DNA of 64,000 nucleotides, from contig JACRPZ010000017.1 in the NCBI GenBank assembly GCA_016222905.1, positions 4,319 through 68,318 on the forward strand, read 5' to 3'. The position numbers and the translations under genes are program-made. Shown here piece by piece: positions 28,165 through 38,554 of the stretch. Below the pieces are notes generated by a model. It ran no database searches. It saw only the letters and a program-made list of their open reading frames with translations, and was not told the origin of the DNA. This DNA comes from Nitrospirota bacterium (GTDB lineage Bacteria; Nitrospirota; Thermodesulfovibrionia; UBA6902). Position 1 is the stretch's first letter, and every line of letters starts with the position of its first letter.

Positions 28165-28281
28165 CTATTTCGCTGCGCTTTTGGGTTGTTTGTCCTTTTT
28201 ATCTTTTAGATCATGTGCCTGTTTGATATCCTTCTGTCTCCGCTCCTTGTCTTTGTCCTTTTTGCCGCCTTTGTCTCCCAT
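28165..28281 (-). CDS. Possible 38-aa Lys/Asp-rich small protein (MGDKGGKKDKDKERRQKDIKQAHDLKDKKDKQPKSAAK)
   Basis: GGAGGAACACA RBS. Low complexity. Not in the ORF track. Confidence 0.2.
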   Translation of the reverse strand: MGDKGGKKDKDKERRQKDIKQAHDLKDKKDKQPKSAAK

Positions 28282-28398
28282 TGTGTTCCTCCTTTGATGC
28301 TGCCGTTAATATTCTTGCCTTACAAGAACTTGAGTTCCTAACATGAATGCTATCAGAAGTATGAGCCGAAGGCAAGGGCGAAAGCAACGACCGGCCGA

Positions 28399-29394
28399 TT
28401 AGGTATCAGAAGGTACACATTCTATGTTTGCAGCTTCTGAGTTATCGACTTCTCCAATCAAATTCAGCATTTCCTCTTCTGTCTCAGCAAGGAAGGCCCT
28501 GCTCCTCAGATCTTTTACATGCATGCCCCTCGTATACCAGGCGAAGAATTTCCGGAAATTAACGATGCCGATCTCTTCTCCTTTAAATGCGATACTCCCG
28601 GCAAGATGCTCTCTCATTGTTTGCGCTATCTCATGAACATCCGGCCTGCCCGGCACATCTCCTGTTCTTAAAAACTCCGCTGTCTCACGGAACAACCATG
28701 GATTGCCGAGCGCGCCGCGCGCTAATGCCACGCAGTCGCAGCCCGTCTCCTCAAAGAGCTTCCCGATGAGCTGCGGCGACAGTGCGTCTCCGCTTGCTAT
28801 CAGCGGAATTTTCAGGGTCTCTTTTACTTTTCGTATTATGTTGTAGTCGACCGTACCGCTGTATCCCTGAATCTTTGTTCTGCCATGAATAAATAGCGCC
28901 TTCACGCCCGCATCCTGCGCGCAAAGCGCCACCTCGACTGCATTGATAGAGGTTTCACCCCAGCCTGTGCGTATCTTGACTGTAACAGGCACGGTGGAAT
29001 ATTCGACGATGACCTTCAGGAGCTTTTGCAGCTTCTCCGGTTCCCTGAGCAGGCCTGCCCCTTTCCCGCCTGATACGACCTTGCTGACAGGGCATGCGGC
29101 GTTGAAATCTACGATATCGAAGTTATATGCCGATACAATATCCAGCGCCCTTTTGAGGAGTTCGGCATCATTTCCTAAAAGCTGCACACCAAGGGGTTTG
29201 TCCTTCGGATTTGTGGAGAGCATTTTTAAGGTACTTTTGCTTTTATAGACCACAGAGGCCGCACTTATCATCTCGGTGAAAGCGAGTTCGCATCCTAACG
29301 ACCTGTTGATCAGGCGGTAAGGAAGGTCGCTTATCCCTGCCATGGGCGCAAGAATAAGAGGATTGGCAAGCGTTATTTTTCCGATTGAAAACAC
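28399..29394 (-). CDS. dus: tRNA-dihydrouridine synthase
   Basis: LILAPMAGISDLPYRLINRSLGCELAFTEM. TIM-barrel FMN family. Confidence 0.9.
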   Translation of the reverse strand: MFSIGKITLANPLILAPMAGISDLPYRLINRSLGCELAFTEMISAASVVYKSKSTLKMLSTNPKDKPLGVQLLGNDAELLKRALDIVSAYNFDIVDFNAACPVSKVVSGGKGAGLLREPEKLQKLLKVIVEYSTVPVTVKIRTGWGETSINAVEVALCAQDAGVKALFIHGRTKIQGYSGTVDYNIIRKVKETLKIPLIASGDALSPQLIGKLFEETGCDCVALARGALGNPWLFRETAEFLRTGDVPGRPDVHEIAQTMREHLAGSIAFKGEEIGIVNFRKFFAWYTRGMHVKDLRSRAFLAETEEEMLNLIGEVDNSEAANIECVPSDT

Positions 29395-29431
29395 GATGGG
29401 TTATTATACCTGAGCGGAAGGCCGGAGAACG

Positions 29432-30169
29432 CTAAGGCGAGATTTCATTTACAGCATCGCTTAGATGATTCAGAAGAATTTCTTTGCCTGACCTGAAAAT
29501 ATCAGTATGCCCGCCGTCAAAGGTGACCATCTCCGCGTCCAAGCCTATTTGTTTCAGAGATTCCACTGCGGCTGCACCGGAACTAAACGCTATGATCCCA
29601 TCCCCCTTGCTATGGAAGGCTATTACTTTTGCATCATCGTCATGCGATACCTTTTTGGCTGTTAATAAATTTCCGGACAATCTGCCTGATATGGGGAAAA
29701 TGTACGAAAACCGGTCTGCATGAAAGGCGGCAAGATAATAGGCAACAAAGGCGCCGCTTGAGAAACCAAGAACGACAGGCCGTCCTTTTGTAGGGTATCT
29801 CTCAAGTAAGACTGATATTGCATCAGCCATCTCTTCACCGCATTTAGATAGCTCCTTGTCATCCATAGGCCATCCGCGGCCGCTTAAAAAACTGCTGGGA
29901 ACATCAATCAGCCCTTTCATCACAATAAAACGGGCTGGATAGTTGAAATCTTTCAGCAATGTATCATAAAAATTTCCCGGTATATCTCCATTGCCATGAA
30001 GCGCTATGATCATAGGCAGTGCATCAGAAGAATCGCCATTACCGCTGATCCTGACAATATACTCAAACTTTTGCTCAGACGAAGGCCCCTTAACAGTGGA
30101 GGGCAGCCGCCACCAATATATAATTCCAATGAACAGAATAAATAGTAAGAGTGCTACCAGTTTTTTCAT
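29432..30169 (-). CDS. Alpha/beta hydrolase (phospholipase/carboxylesterase family) with an N-terminal membrane anchor
   Basis: 245 aa. GFSSGA nucleophile elbow. N-terminal TM. Confidence 0.7.
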   Translation of the reverse strand: MKKLVALLLFILFIGIIYWWRLPSTVKGPSSEQKFEYIVRISGNGDSSDALPMIIALHGNGDIPGNFYDTLLKDFNYPARFIVMKGLIDVPSSFLSGRGWPMDDKELSKCGEEMADAISVLLERYPTKGRPVVLGFSSGAFVAYYLAAFHADRFSYIFPISGRLSGNLLTAKKVSHDDDAKVIAFHSKGDGIIAFSSGAAAVESLKQIGLDAEMVTFDGGHTDIFRSGKEILLNHLSDAVNEISP

Positions 30170-30208
30170 ATTCTAAGATCAAAGACCTTCCCCTGCAATG
30201 TCATATCC

Positions 30209-30517
30209 TCAATTACCGCGCGCTCTGATCACAACCGAACTGATCCTGTCTATCTTTATAACAGCATCATAGAAGTCCTTTCCGGCAAGCTTCTCAATAT
30301 GGACGAGTTGGAGTCCGACTGAGGCAACATTCCCTTCGAGTCCTTCCCCTGCATCGGTCCTGACCGAAACACGCTTTCCAATGTTGGCAGTCAGCACCTC
30401 CTTGAAACCATCTGATGCATTAACAACCACCTTCGTCTCTTCGGCATAAAGCTGACCTGCCGCAGCCATACCCAAAAGCGAAATCACCAATGCCAAAATC
30501 AACATTCTTGCTCTCAT
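30209..30517 (-). CDS. Small secreted hypothetical protein
   Basis: The internal start MRARMLILALVISLLGMAAAG (signal peptide) has a GGAGG RBS. The track ORF start at 30616 overlaps the SIMPL gene. Confidence 0.45.
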   Translation of the reverse strand: MRARMLILALVISLLGMAAAGQLYAEETKVVVNASDGFKEVLTANIGKRVSVRTDAGEGLEGNVASVGLQLVHIEKLAGKDFYDAVIKIDRISSVVIRARGN

Positions 30518-30563
30518 ATCCCTCCTTCTGAAACAGTTATTTGGATTACAGTAAATACCGGGG

Positions 30564-31325
30564 TTAACCTTCTCGCAAAAAAGAACGGCTATTGCCGTCG
30601 ATGTAGAACACGGCATTGACCGTGCCCTGAAGCATAAGTGTGCCGGCCTCCACAGGTGTTACGCTTTTAGCTGCCATAGACTCTGCTGCTGCCATCCCCA
30701 TTTGGTAGAGAGGTCTCGGCATCTCACCTCCGCATGAAGCAGAAATATCTTTTATGCCGGCGATCCTTGTGCCAAGTGATTGCGCAACCACTTCCGCGTC
30801 TGACCTGGCCTGTTCCGTTGCCTGCTGCAGGAGACTTTTGCAGAACCCCTTCGTGTCTGACAGACTGAAACTGATATTGTCGACCCTGTTTGCACCCTGC
30901 TCTACAGCGCTGTCAATGAATCTGCCCAGATTTGATATCTGTTTTGTTTTAACTGTTATATGATTTACGGCCTTGTACCAGATAAATTTATTTCTTCTCG
31001 TCACCTGATCATACTCATATACTGGTTCAAGATAATATGAAGAAGTTTTGACTTCATCGCCCGCATCTGACTTTAAGAGCTTCTTTAGCCCGCTGATCAC
31101 TTTTTCAGATATGGCATTATTCTTCTGGGTCACATGAGATACAGTGCTTGAGGTGTTTTCAATTGCGAGAAGAAGTGTAGCGGTATCAGGAGGATAATTT
31201 TCAGTTGCCGTGCCGGTCACTGAAACAGTGCCTCTCTTGTCTTCTCCCTGCGATTCTGCCGCAGCGGCAGTAGAAGCCAGCATTATTACGATACAGAATA
31301 AACAGATGCATTCTTTGATCTTCAT
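30564..31325 (-). CDS. SIMPL-domain (DUF541) periplasmic protein
   Basis: 253 aa with a signal peptide. VSVTGTATENYPPDTATLLLAIE...GTLMLQGTVNAVFYI is typical of SIMPL. Confidence 0.75.
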   Translation of the reverse strand: MKIKECICLFCIVIMLASTAAAAESQGEDKRGTVSVTGTATENYPPDTATLLLAIENTSSTVSHVTQKNNAISEKVISGLKKLLKSDAGDEVKTSSYYLEPVYEYDQVTRRNKFIWYKAVNHITVKTKQISNLGRFIDSAVEQGANRVDNISFSLSDTKGFCKSLLQQATEQARSDAEVVAQSLGTRIAGIKDISASCGGEMPRPLYQMGMAAAESMAAKSVTPVEAGTLMLQGTVNAVFYIDGNSRSFLREG

Positions 31326-31643
31326 ATTTCCCCGGAAAACTTGTTAATGATAATACGTAATGCCTCTTAAAAACAAGAAGTATAAGTTCATGCTTCAGAT
31401 TATAACTGAATCAAGTGATGTGGAAAAGGAGACTTCTTTCCTATCCAGTCATAGGTGAAATGTCAAAAATTAAGCATAGTCCTATCTGATTCTTCGACAA
31501 ACTGCCTGATTATGTGTTATACTTAACTAAGAGTTTTGGAAGTTTTTGTAGTTTATGAGGCCACGAAGATTTTTAACTTTGTGGCCTTTTTTAATTGTTG
31601 AGACTTTTGGAATTTTAATTCGTAGACAAGGAGGTAAAGGAAA

Positions 31644-31844
31644 ATGGCAGAAGGAACAGTAAAATGGTTCAACGACAGCAAAGGTTTCGGCTTTATTTCA
31701 TGTGAAGACGGAATCGACGCTTTTGTGCATCATACGTCCATCCAGGGTAACGGCTTTAAAAGTCTTGCCGAAGGTGACAGCGTAAGTTTTGATACCGAAA
31801 AAGGCGAGAAAGGCCCGAAGGCTATCAATGTTGTAAAACTGTAA
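31644..31844 (+). CDS. cspA: Cold-shock protein (CspA family)
   Basis: [18 protein letters not shown] with RNP1 and RNP2 motifs. 66 aa. Confidence 0.95.
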   Translation: MAEGTVKWFNDSKGFGFISCEDGIDAFVHHTSIQGNGFKSLAEGDSVSFDTEKGEKGPKAINVVKL

Positions 31845-31852
31845 ATAATGAG

Positions 31853-31888
31853 GGGAGGCCCCTTCCCTATAGAGGGGGCCTTTTCATT
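31853..31888 (+). terminator. Rho-independent terminator after cspA (ggcccct...aggggcc plus TTTTC)
   Basis: GC hairpin followed by a T-run 9 bp after the stop. Confidence 0.5.
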
Positions 31889-31899
31889 CAGGAGGAAAC

Positions 31900-32259
31900 A
31901 TGGTCAGCAGAAATAATAAGGCAAGGGTAGAAAGAAATCAGAATATGCTTGACGCTGGATTTGTGTCCGCTCATTTTCCGGGAGTTGCAAGCATTGTCAT
32001 AAGCATGATGTACAAGCAGACGGGGTTAGCTAAACCGATACATAGGATCATGAATTTTGTTCCCGGCAGTCATGCTTTTTTTAAGGTGGACTGTTTGAGC
32101 AGCGACTGTGTTGGCGGAGGGTTTGATATGGATCAGATTATAAATACCATGATCAGAAACCACCGCGAGACGTCAAAAGGAGACCTCGGTTGTGTTGACA
32201 GTGGGCCTCGTCCCGATCACTCGAATATTGCTTATGAAGTTGCCATACAGTACGCATAA
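31900..32259 (+). CDS. Hypothetical protein
   Basis: 119 aa with host-like GC. No recognisable motif. Confidence 0.4.
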   Translation: MVSRNNKARVERNQNMLDAGFVSAHFPGVASIVISMMYKQTGLAKPIHRIMNFVPGSHAFFKVDCLSSDCVGGGFDMDQIINTMIRNHRETSKGDLGCVDSGPRPDHSNIAYEVAIQYA

Positions 32260-32495
32260 GTGCGCAGTAAGCTTCAGAAGTCTGATCATGAATCGCATAT
32301 TAAATGGGATATAAACCCGGGATAAGCAGCATCTGCCCTTGGCTTGTCTGTCCCGGCTTGACCTCTTTAAGCCAGCCTGACCCCAATTACTTCAGGGCAT
32401 TTTTGATATTGTATAATATCCGTGAAAGGGATGGTTAAGGGGGGCTGCCATGGCAAAAGTTGTAATTATGTTGGTGTCCCGGGAAGTATTTAAAC

Positions 32496-32918
32496 ATGGA
32501 ATGGACTGAAGACCTGTCAACCGGCGTCAAAATAATAGACGATCAGCACAAGGAACTCTTCAGCAGGATAAATGATCTTGTTGCCGCAATAAAACGGCAT
32601 ACATGCAAATACAAGATCGGCGATGTTGTAACGTTCCTTGATGAATATATAATATTCCATTTCGGGGAAGAAGAAAAATTTATGCAGAAGCATAAATACC
32701 CCCATTACCCCCATCATAAGGCTCAGCACACCAAATTCATTGAGAGTTTCAATGAACTAAAAAAAGAGCTTCATAAACTCGAAGGCGGGAGAAAGCCCGG
32801 TTCCTACGACCTTTCTGTTGAGACAAACCAGGTGGTTGTGGACTGGATACTTGATCATATCGTCAAGGTCGACAAGGAATTTGGGGCATTCCTGAAAACA
32901 CTCAGAGCAATAAATTAA
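32496..32918 (+). CDS. Bacteriohemerythrin (hemerythrin-like metal-binding protein)
   Basis: IIDDQHKELF..., HFGEEEKFMQKHKYPHYPHHKAQH, VVDWILDHIVKVD are the His/Asp iron ligands. Confidence 0.8.
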   Translation: MEWTEDLSTGVKIIDDQHKELFSRINDLVAAIKRHTCKYKIGDVVTFLDEYIIFHFGEEEKFMQKHKYPHYPHHKAQHTKFIESFNELKKELHKLEGGRKPGSYDLSVETNQVVVDWILDHIVKVDKEFGAFLKTLRAIN

Positions 32919-33001
32919 GATTAGCTCAGGGCACGGACCAATTTTAAGAGCAAAATGAAAGACTTGGCCATCTCTATTTTCTTATAGATAAGGGAAGATT
33001 G

Positions 33002-34969
33002 TCACTTTAGCCGGATCGTGTATATCATCCCAAGATAATTTCTCCCTTCAAATACCGGGACCATAAAGAACATACCTGTCTTCCCCTCCACCAGAGGGCT
33101 GTCAAAGGAACTCTCTTTTTTATTCGCAAGCGCACGGAGCATAGGCTTTGACGAAGCCGTCTTTAAGCTTTTCATGTCAAGATTGATCAGGCTGTTTTCT
33201 TCGGGATATCCCAAACGGTTAATGCCCCTGCTGTCGAGCCACTGGATGGAATAAAGCCCCTCATGTTCCGAATAAAAGTCCTTGAATATGTCCAGGATCA
33301 TTGAGCCGTCCTTTTCAGACAGGGCCTTCTTCATTTCTGTATTTTCCGCCAGGGTCCTGAGCGAATCATCATGCGAGACCGTTACTGGCTTCTCAAGCTC
33401 TTTTCCAGAGGAAAGGGCATGCCCTGCCCTGACGTGGATCGCCACAAGGCGCCATTCAGTGCCGTGTAGACCGACAGTTGTCCAGTAAGCATCCTTCATG
33501 ACCGGCTTCTCCAGCCCCTTTCCTAAAAACTCGTAGCTGCCTGTGCCGCTTCTTTCCCTTGCGATCAATGTCCCGAGAGCAAGAAGCTGGGGATATGGTT
33601 TATACAGCGGATCGTCAAAAAGCATCAGGCCTACCTCCTCCTCATCCGGGTCATAGAGGATCCTTCCGTCTTTCTGCATCAGCCAGACATCGACAGGCGT
33701 TCCCTGAACAACAGGAGATATGATGGACGCAAGCATGGTTTCGGGCTTGATAAGCACGCTTACCGAGCCTGCAAGTTCTCCATTGGAAGAAAATAAGGGA
33801 TGTTCCAGATCAACCGCGACAATGCCTTCAACTGTCCTGATAACATTGCTCATGACCGGCTTCTTCGACTCACGTAGCCGGACTATCTGTTCCTGCGAGC
33901 TTATATCACTGCCCTCAAATTTCGCATACTCTTCAGGCTCAACCAGCATCATCATCCCGTTACGGTCCACAACCGCGCAGTCCACCGCATAGGCGTAAGA
34001 CCGGCAGAGGTCGCCGAGCATTTTTCTCGTTCCGGCTGTCTTGAAATCTTTTTCTGAAAGCCTCCCCGCGAGTCGTGCAAGGTCCTGGTCCATTTTATTG
34101 AGCTCTGACGTGATCTCCTTTTCGAGTTCGGACAAGATCGGAGGAAGTTCCGCCACAGGTTCGCCCGGCTTTCCGGTAACAATACCGATGGCAAAGACCC
34201 AGCCAGTCAGGGGGAATTTTTTGTATACAACCGTCCTAGCACCATAGAAATCGTATGTCACCACGCCCTCAGGCATGGAGAGCATCTCTCCGACTGACTT
34301 TGCCAGGCTTTTGCTGCCCATGTCAGAAGGATAGGCGAAGAGCAGCGCCGATTTCCTGTGAAGGGAAGACTGGCCCTTTTGATCGAGGGCATAAAAGAAG
34401 ATATTATCCGGCAGCCCCATTTTTTCATCGAGCATTCTGCTGATCTCCTCTACCTCAAGAGATGTCCCGAGGGCCCCGATTATTTTTCCATCCTTCTTTA
34501 TCGGGACAGCGACGATAGCTGTGCGCTTTCCCGTGGAAGTGCTCAGGACGAGATCGCCGATTATCTCCTCGCCCGCCATAAGTCGAGGGAAATATTCACG
34601 GTACCGGAGGTTTAGGCCGGTCAGTCCCTTCTCCAGCGAATAATACGAGCCGTCCGGCAGCGCAAACCATACAACGGCCGCTTTTATGCCGCTCCTGTCG
34701 AATTCGGCCAGCACGCCTTTCATCTTTTCCCATTCCCCGCTCCGCGCCTCTTCCGTGACCGATATGATTCTAAGGCCGCGCAGAACGCTTTCGATATGCC
34801 CCTCTCCGAGCGCTCCAAAGGAATTGAGGAGAAGGCGCAATTCAGCCGTATTTATCCCGCCCTGGTCTTGAACAGGGGCCGTCTCTATTGCTTCGGCAGG
34901 CAGCGAAAACACTAATAAGCATAAAATAATCCCTGCTGTTTTCATGGCAAAATTCTTAAATGAACTCAT
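33002..34969 (-). CDS. Large periplasmic protein with repeated Cache-like sensor domains and no recognisable output domain
   Basis: 655 aa with a signal peptide (MKTAGIILCLLVFSLPAEA). No TM, kinase or GGDEF motifs seen. Confidence 0.5.
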   Translation of the reverse strand: MSSFKNFAMKTAGIILCLLVFSLPAEAIETAPVQDQGGINTAELRLLLNSFGALGEGHIESVLRGLRIISVTEEARSGEWEKMKGVLAEFDRSGIKAAVVWFALPDGSYYSLEKGLTGLNLRYREYFPRLMAGEEIIGDLVLSTSTGKRTAIVAVPIKKDGKIIGALGTSLEVEEISRMLDEKMGLPDNIFFYALDQKGQSSLHRKSALLFAYPSDMGSKSLAKSVGEMLSMPEGVVTYDFYGARTVVYKKFPLTGWVFAIGIVTGKPGEPVAELPPILSELEKEITSELNKMDQDLARLAGRLSEKDFKTAGTRKMLGDLCRSYAYAVDCAVVDRNGMMMLVEPEEYAKFEGSDISSQEQIVRLRESKKPVMSNVIRTVEGIVAVDLEHPLFSSNGELAGSVSVLIKPETMLASIISPVVQGTPVDVWLMQKDGRILYDPDEEEVGLMLFDDPLYKPYPQLLALGTLIARERSGTGSYEFLGKGLEKPVMKDAYWTTVGLHGTEWRLVAIHVRAGHALSSGKELEKPVTVSHDDSLRTLAENTEMKKALSEKDGSMILDIFKDFYSEHEGLYSIQWLDSRGINRLGYPEENSLINLDMKSLKTASSKPMLRALANKKESSFDSPLVEGKTGMFFMVPVFEGRNYLGMIYTIRLK

Positions 34970-35152
34970 TATATTGTTCTCCTTTCCTATACTTCAAAGC
35001 ATATCATACTGATTCATTATGTCAAGAGAAACTAAGGTCAGAGCCTCTCTTTGACAGATTCCAATTTCGTGATATACTGGGTCATATAAACAAGTTGCGC
35101 CGTGAAACTTATGTCCGGGCGTCAACAAAAACAATGAAAGGGGGAAAGTGCA

Positions 35153-35437
35153 ATGGAGACATTCATCATGAAAGGGAAGTACTCGTCTGAGGCGATAAAG
35201 CAGATAAGCGGTAAGCGCACCACAAAAGCGACCGACATAGTAAAGAAGTGCGGGGGAAAGATCGTGGCTGTCTATGCCACTATGGGGGACACCGACTTGT
35301 TGGCAATTACTGAGTTTCCCAGCCTGAACGAAGCGATAAAAGCTTCTATCGCCTTGAATAAGGCGCTTGGGATCTCCTTCTCCACTGTGCCTGCTATTAC
35401 GGTTGAGGACTTTGACAAGCTGGCGAGTGGAAAATAG
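35153..35437 (+). CDS. GYD-domain protein
   Basis: 94 aa. IVAVYATMGDTDLLAITEFPSLNEAIKASIAL is typical of the GYD family. Confidence 0.65.
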   Translation: METFIMKGKYSSEAIKQISGKRTTKATDIVKKCGGKIVAVYATMGDTDLLAITEFPSLNEAIKASIALNKALGISFSTVPAITVEDFDKLASGK

Positions 35438-35542
35438 TAGTTTGGCAGGTTGGATTGAACGGAGAGAAACCCAACAAGGCCGTTGGGCTACGCAGCGGCG
35501 ACTGTTACGCGGATCGTTGTGTATAAAAGAGAGGAATATAGA

Positions 35543-35968
35543 ATGAAAAAGCTGATCTACGGAATATGTCTTGCTTTATTGCTGTCAAGCAATGTCTTGG
35601 CCGAAAATGTTCTGGTCGAAGATGTTGTCCAGACTGATGTGTTGGCAAAATCAACTTTAAGCTGGGATGGGAGCCATATGCCCGACTACCCAAAAGGTCC
35701 TCCAGAGGTGACAATTCTTAGAATTAAAATTCCGCCCAGGGTACAATTACCCCTGCATACGCATCCGGTAATAAATGCAGGCGTATTATTGAGTGGAGAA
35801 CTGACTGTGGCCACTGAAGAGAAGAAGATCTTACATTTAAAAGCCGGAGAATCAATTGTAGAGGTTGTGGATAAATGGCATTATGGAAAGAATGAAGGCG
35901 ATAAGACGGCAGAACTTATAATATTCTATGCCGGGGTATCTGATGCGCCGATAACCGTTAAGAAATAG
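35543..35968 (+). CDS. Secreted cupin-domain protein
   Basis: MKKLIYGICLALLLSSNVLA signal peptide with a GAGAGGAA RBS. Cupin motifs LPLHTHPVINAGVLLSGEL and HYGKNEG. Confidence 0.6.
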   Translation: MKKLIYGICLALLLSSNVLAENVLVEDVVQTDVLAKSTLSWDGSHMPDYPKGPPEVTILRIKIPPRVQLPLHTHPVINAGVLLSGELTVATEEKKILHLKAGESIVEVVDKWHYGKNEGDKTAELIIFYAGVSDAPITVKK

Positions 35969-36004
35969 GGGAGCAAATAAGCAATTTCTTATCATTTATT
36001 CAAT

Positions 36005-36562
36005 ATGAAAAACGAAAAACAAACCTGTTCATGGCTGACCGGAGACCCGCTTCTCATGAAATATCATGACAATGAATGGGGAGTTCCTCTGCACAATGAC
36101 AGGAAGCTGTTTGAGTTTCTCGTCCTTGAAGGTTTTCAGGCAGGACTGAGTTGGCTCAGTGTCCTGAGAAAAAGGGTAAATTTCCGGAAGGCGTTTGATG
36201 GTTTTGATTTCAATAAAGTCGCACGATATGATAAGCGAAAAACAAATTCCCTCCTGAAAGACAGCGGGATCATCCGCAACAGGTTAAAGATCGAAGGCGC
36301 TGTTGCAAATGCAAAGGCATTTATAGAAGTAAGAAAAGAGTTCGGGACATTCGATAAATACATCTGGGGCTTTACCGAAGGCAAGCCGCTCAACAACGGG
36401 TTTCGGTCTCTCAAAGAGCTTCCCGCAAGGACAGAACTATCAGACCTCATCAGTAAAGATTTAAAGAAAAGGGGGTTCAAATTTGTGGGATCAACCATTG
36501 TGTATGCCCATATGCAGGCAACCGGTATGGTTGTAATTGAAAAGTTTGGAAATATTCATTAA
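36005..36562 (+). CDS. tag: DNA-3-methyladenine glycosylase I
   Basis: CSWLTGDPLLMKYHDNEWGVPLHNDRKLFEFLVLEGFQAGLSW is a Tag signature. Confidence 0.9.
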   Translation: MKNEKQTCSWLTGDPLLMKYHDNEWGVPLHNDRKLFEFLVLEGFQAGLSWLSVLRKRVNFRKAFDGFDFNKVARYDKRKTNSLLKDSGIIRNRLKIEGAVANAKAFIEVRKEFGTFDKYIWGFTEGKPLNNGFRSLKELPARTELSDLISKDLKKRGFKFVGSTIVYAHMQATGMVVIEKFGNIH

Positions 36563-36656
36563 CTAATTTAGAAAGCAGATAACAAATAAAGCCAGCTGAT
36601 ACTTCGACAAGCACAACAACGCTGATTTCAGGCGTTATACTGAATATCTCGCGTCT

Positions 36657-38294
36657 TTAGATCTCGCAAACCATGCTGCCTAACTCAGTTGAAAAGACAT
36701 CATAGTTAACCGAATAATCAATAGGGCACTCTATAACAACCACCTTCTTCAATGCAAAAGCTTTTTTTAGTATGCCGCCTAAATCATCTCCTCTGTTCAC
36801 TTTGATGCCTTCTGCTCCGTAGCTCTTCGCATATGCTGCAAAGTCAGGGTTTCCATAATCAAGACCAAAATCAGGAAATCCCATAGCCTTCTGTTTCCAC
36901 TTTATGAAACCGAATGCGTTGTCATTTAATAACAGTACGACTATCGGTATTTTATACCTTATCGCCGTCTCCAATTCCTGCGAGTTCATCATGAAACCGC
37001 CGTCGCCGCATACAGCTAAAACCTTCTTTTCCGGGTTCAGCATCTTTGCAGCTATCCCGGCAGGAAGACCGGCGCCCATAGTTGCCAGGGCATTATCAAG
37101 CAGAAGGGTATTCGGCATGTAAGTCTTGTACAGCCTTGCGAACCATAGCTTATAAATTCCGTTGTCCAGAGTTAGGATGTCATCTCTTGAGAGCGTATCT
37201 CTGACTATGTGGACCACCTCCTGCGGCAAAAGCGGATATCGTTTCTCGTAACCTTCATTGATCTTCTTATCTATCAGCTCCCGCGTCTTTTTAAAAGCAG
37301 GGTATTCGGATTTAGCGTCAATCTTCTCAGTCATTATTTTCAGGGAGTGAGATATGTCCCCGATCAACTCTATATCAGGATCAAAGTATCTGTCTGTTTC
37401 AGCCGGTATAAAATCAATATTCAGGATCTTATTATCGAGATGCTCGTTCCATATAAAAGGAGGATATTCCACAATGCTGTAGCCTATGGTGATTATCAGG
37501 TCTGCCCTGTCCATTCCGCAATTCACATAATCGTGTTTGTGGATGCCGGTCGCAAAGAGGCTCTGCTCCGAATCATCAGGAAGAGCGCCCTTGCCCATCT
37601 GTGTATGAACAACATATATGCCGGACTTATTAACAAAGTCAGAGAGAGCCTTTGTCGCAGACCCTCTGCAAGCCCCTGCAGAGACAATGATCAAAGGATA
37701 TTCAGCCTCCTTTATCAGCTTCATAGCCGCATCAATTGTTTCAGGGTCTGGAAATGACTTACCCATCTCCCCTTTTCTCTGGATCTCAGCATCTGTTTGT
37801 GAGCCTGCAATATCTTCAGGAAGCTCAATATGCACTGCCCCGGGACGCTCGCTCTCGGCAATCTTGAACGCCTCCCTGACAATAGTAGGAACAGAATTCG
37901 GGTCGGCTATAGAGACCGCCCGTTTGGTTATCGGTTTCATCAGGCTTATCACATCTATAAGTTGAAAAAGCGCCTGCCAGTTGTCCCTGACAGCCTTCTG
38001 TCCGGAGATAGAGACCACAGGCGCGCCGATAAGCTGGGCATGGGCTATGCCGGTCACAAGATTGGTTGCGCCAGGGCCGAGGGTTGAGAAGCATACACCG
38101 GCCTTTCCTGTCAGCCTTCCGTATGTCGCGGCCATAAACGCGGCAGCCTGCTCGTGCCTTGTGATAATCAGCTTTATACTCTTTGAAGTTCTTAGAGATT
38201 CAAGGAGATCGAGGTTCTCTTCCCCGGGCAGCCCGAAGATATATTCCACCCCTTCCTCTTCCAATTGCTTCACTAAGATGTCAGAAGCCTTCAT
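36657..38294 (-). CDS. Thiamine-pyrophosphate enzyme, acetolactate synthase large-subunit-like
   Basis: 545 aa. N-terminal TPP-pyrimidine domain, central domain, C-terminal GDG...N TPP-binding motif (VCGDGGFMMNSQELET). Confidence 0.85.
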   Translation of the reverse strand: MKASDILVKQLEEEGVEYIFGLPGEENLDLLESLRTSKSIKLIITRHEQAAAFMAATYGRLTGKAGVCFSTLGPGATNLVTGIAHAQLIGAPVVSISGQKAVRDNWQALFQLIDVISLMKPITKRAVSIADPNSVPTIVREAFKIAESERPGAVHIELPEDIAGSQTDAEIQRKGEMGKSFPDPETIDAAMKLIKEAEYPLIIVSAGACRGSATKALSDFVNKSGIYVVHTQMGKGALPDDSEQSLFATGIHKHDYVNCGMDRADLIITIGYSIVEYPPFIWNEHLDNKILNIDFIPAETDRYFDPDIELIGDISHSLKIMTEKIDAKSEYPAFKKTRELIDKKINEGYEKRYPLLPQEVVHIVRDTLSRDDILTLDNGIYKLWFARLYKTYMPNTLLLDNALATMGAGLPAGIAAKMLNPEKKVLAVCGDGGFMMNSQELETAIRYKIPIVVLLLNDNAFGFIKWKQKAMGFPDFGLDYGNPDFAAYAKSYGAEGIKVNRGDDLGGILKKAFALKKVVVIECPIDYSVNYDVFSTELGSMVCEI

Positions 38295-38554
38295 GCTGAT
38301 CTCTCCTTGAGGTTATGTCGCTGCTTTTTAATTATTATACTTAACAAACCCTTTCTCCTCATATCTTTAATTGTATCAATATTAGAAAGTCTTTTTTATT
38401 CCCCTGCTTAGAAGTGCCTACTTCTGACTTTGCAAAGGGGGGTACATGGGGTTATTTGGAATATCATAATTTTACTGAAATAAGCAATAAAATGTGTTAA
38501 TGTTTTTGAAGAGATAAAGGAAAGTTGATAGTTACTACGTTAGGCATTTAAACT

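Noticed and set aside
31557-31600. Hairpin plus T-run upstream of cspA (ggccacgaag...ctttgtggcc tttttt)
   Set aside because: It could be a terminator of an unannotated upstream transcript or part of the long cspA 5' UTR. There is no + strand gene upstream to terminate, so it is not called as a feature.
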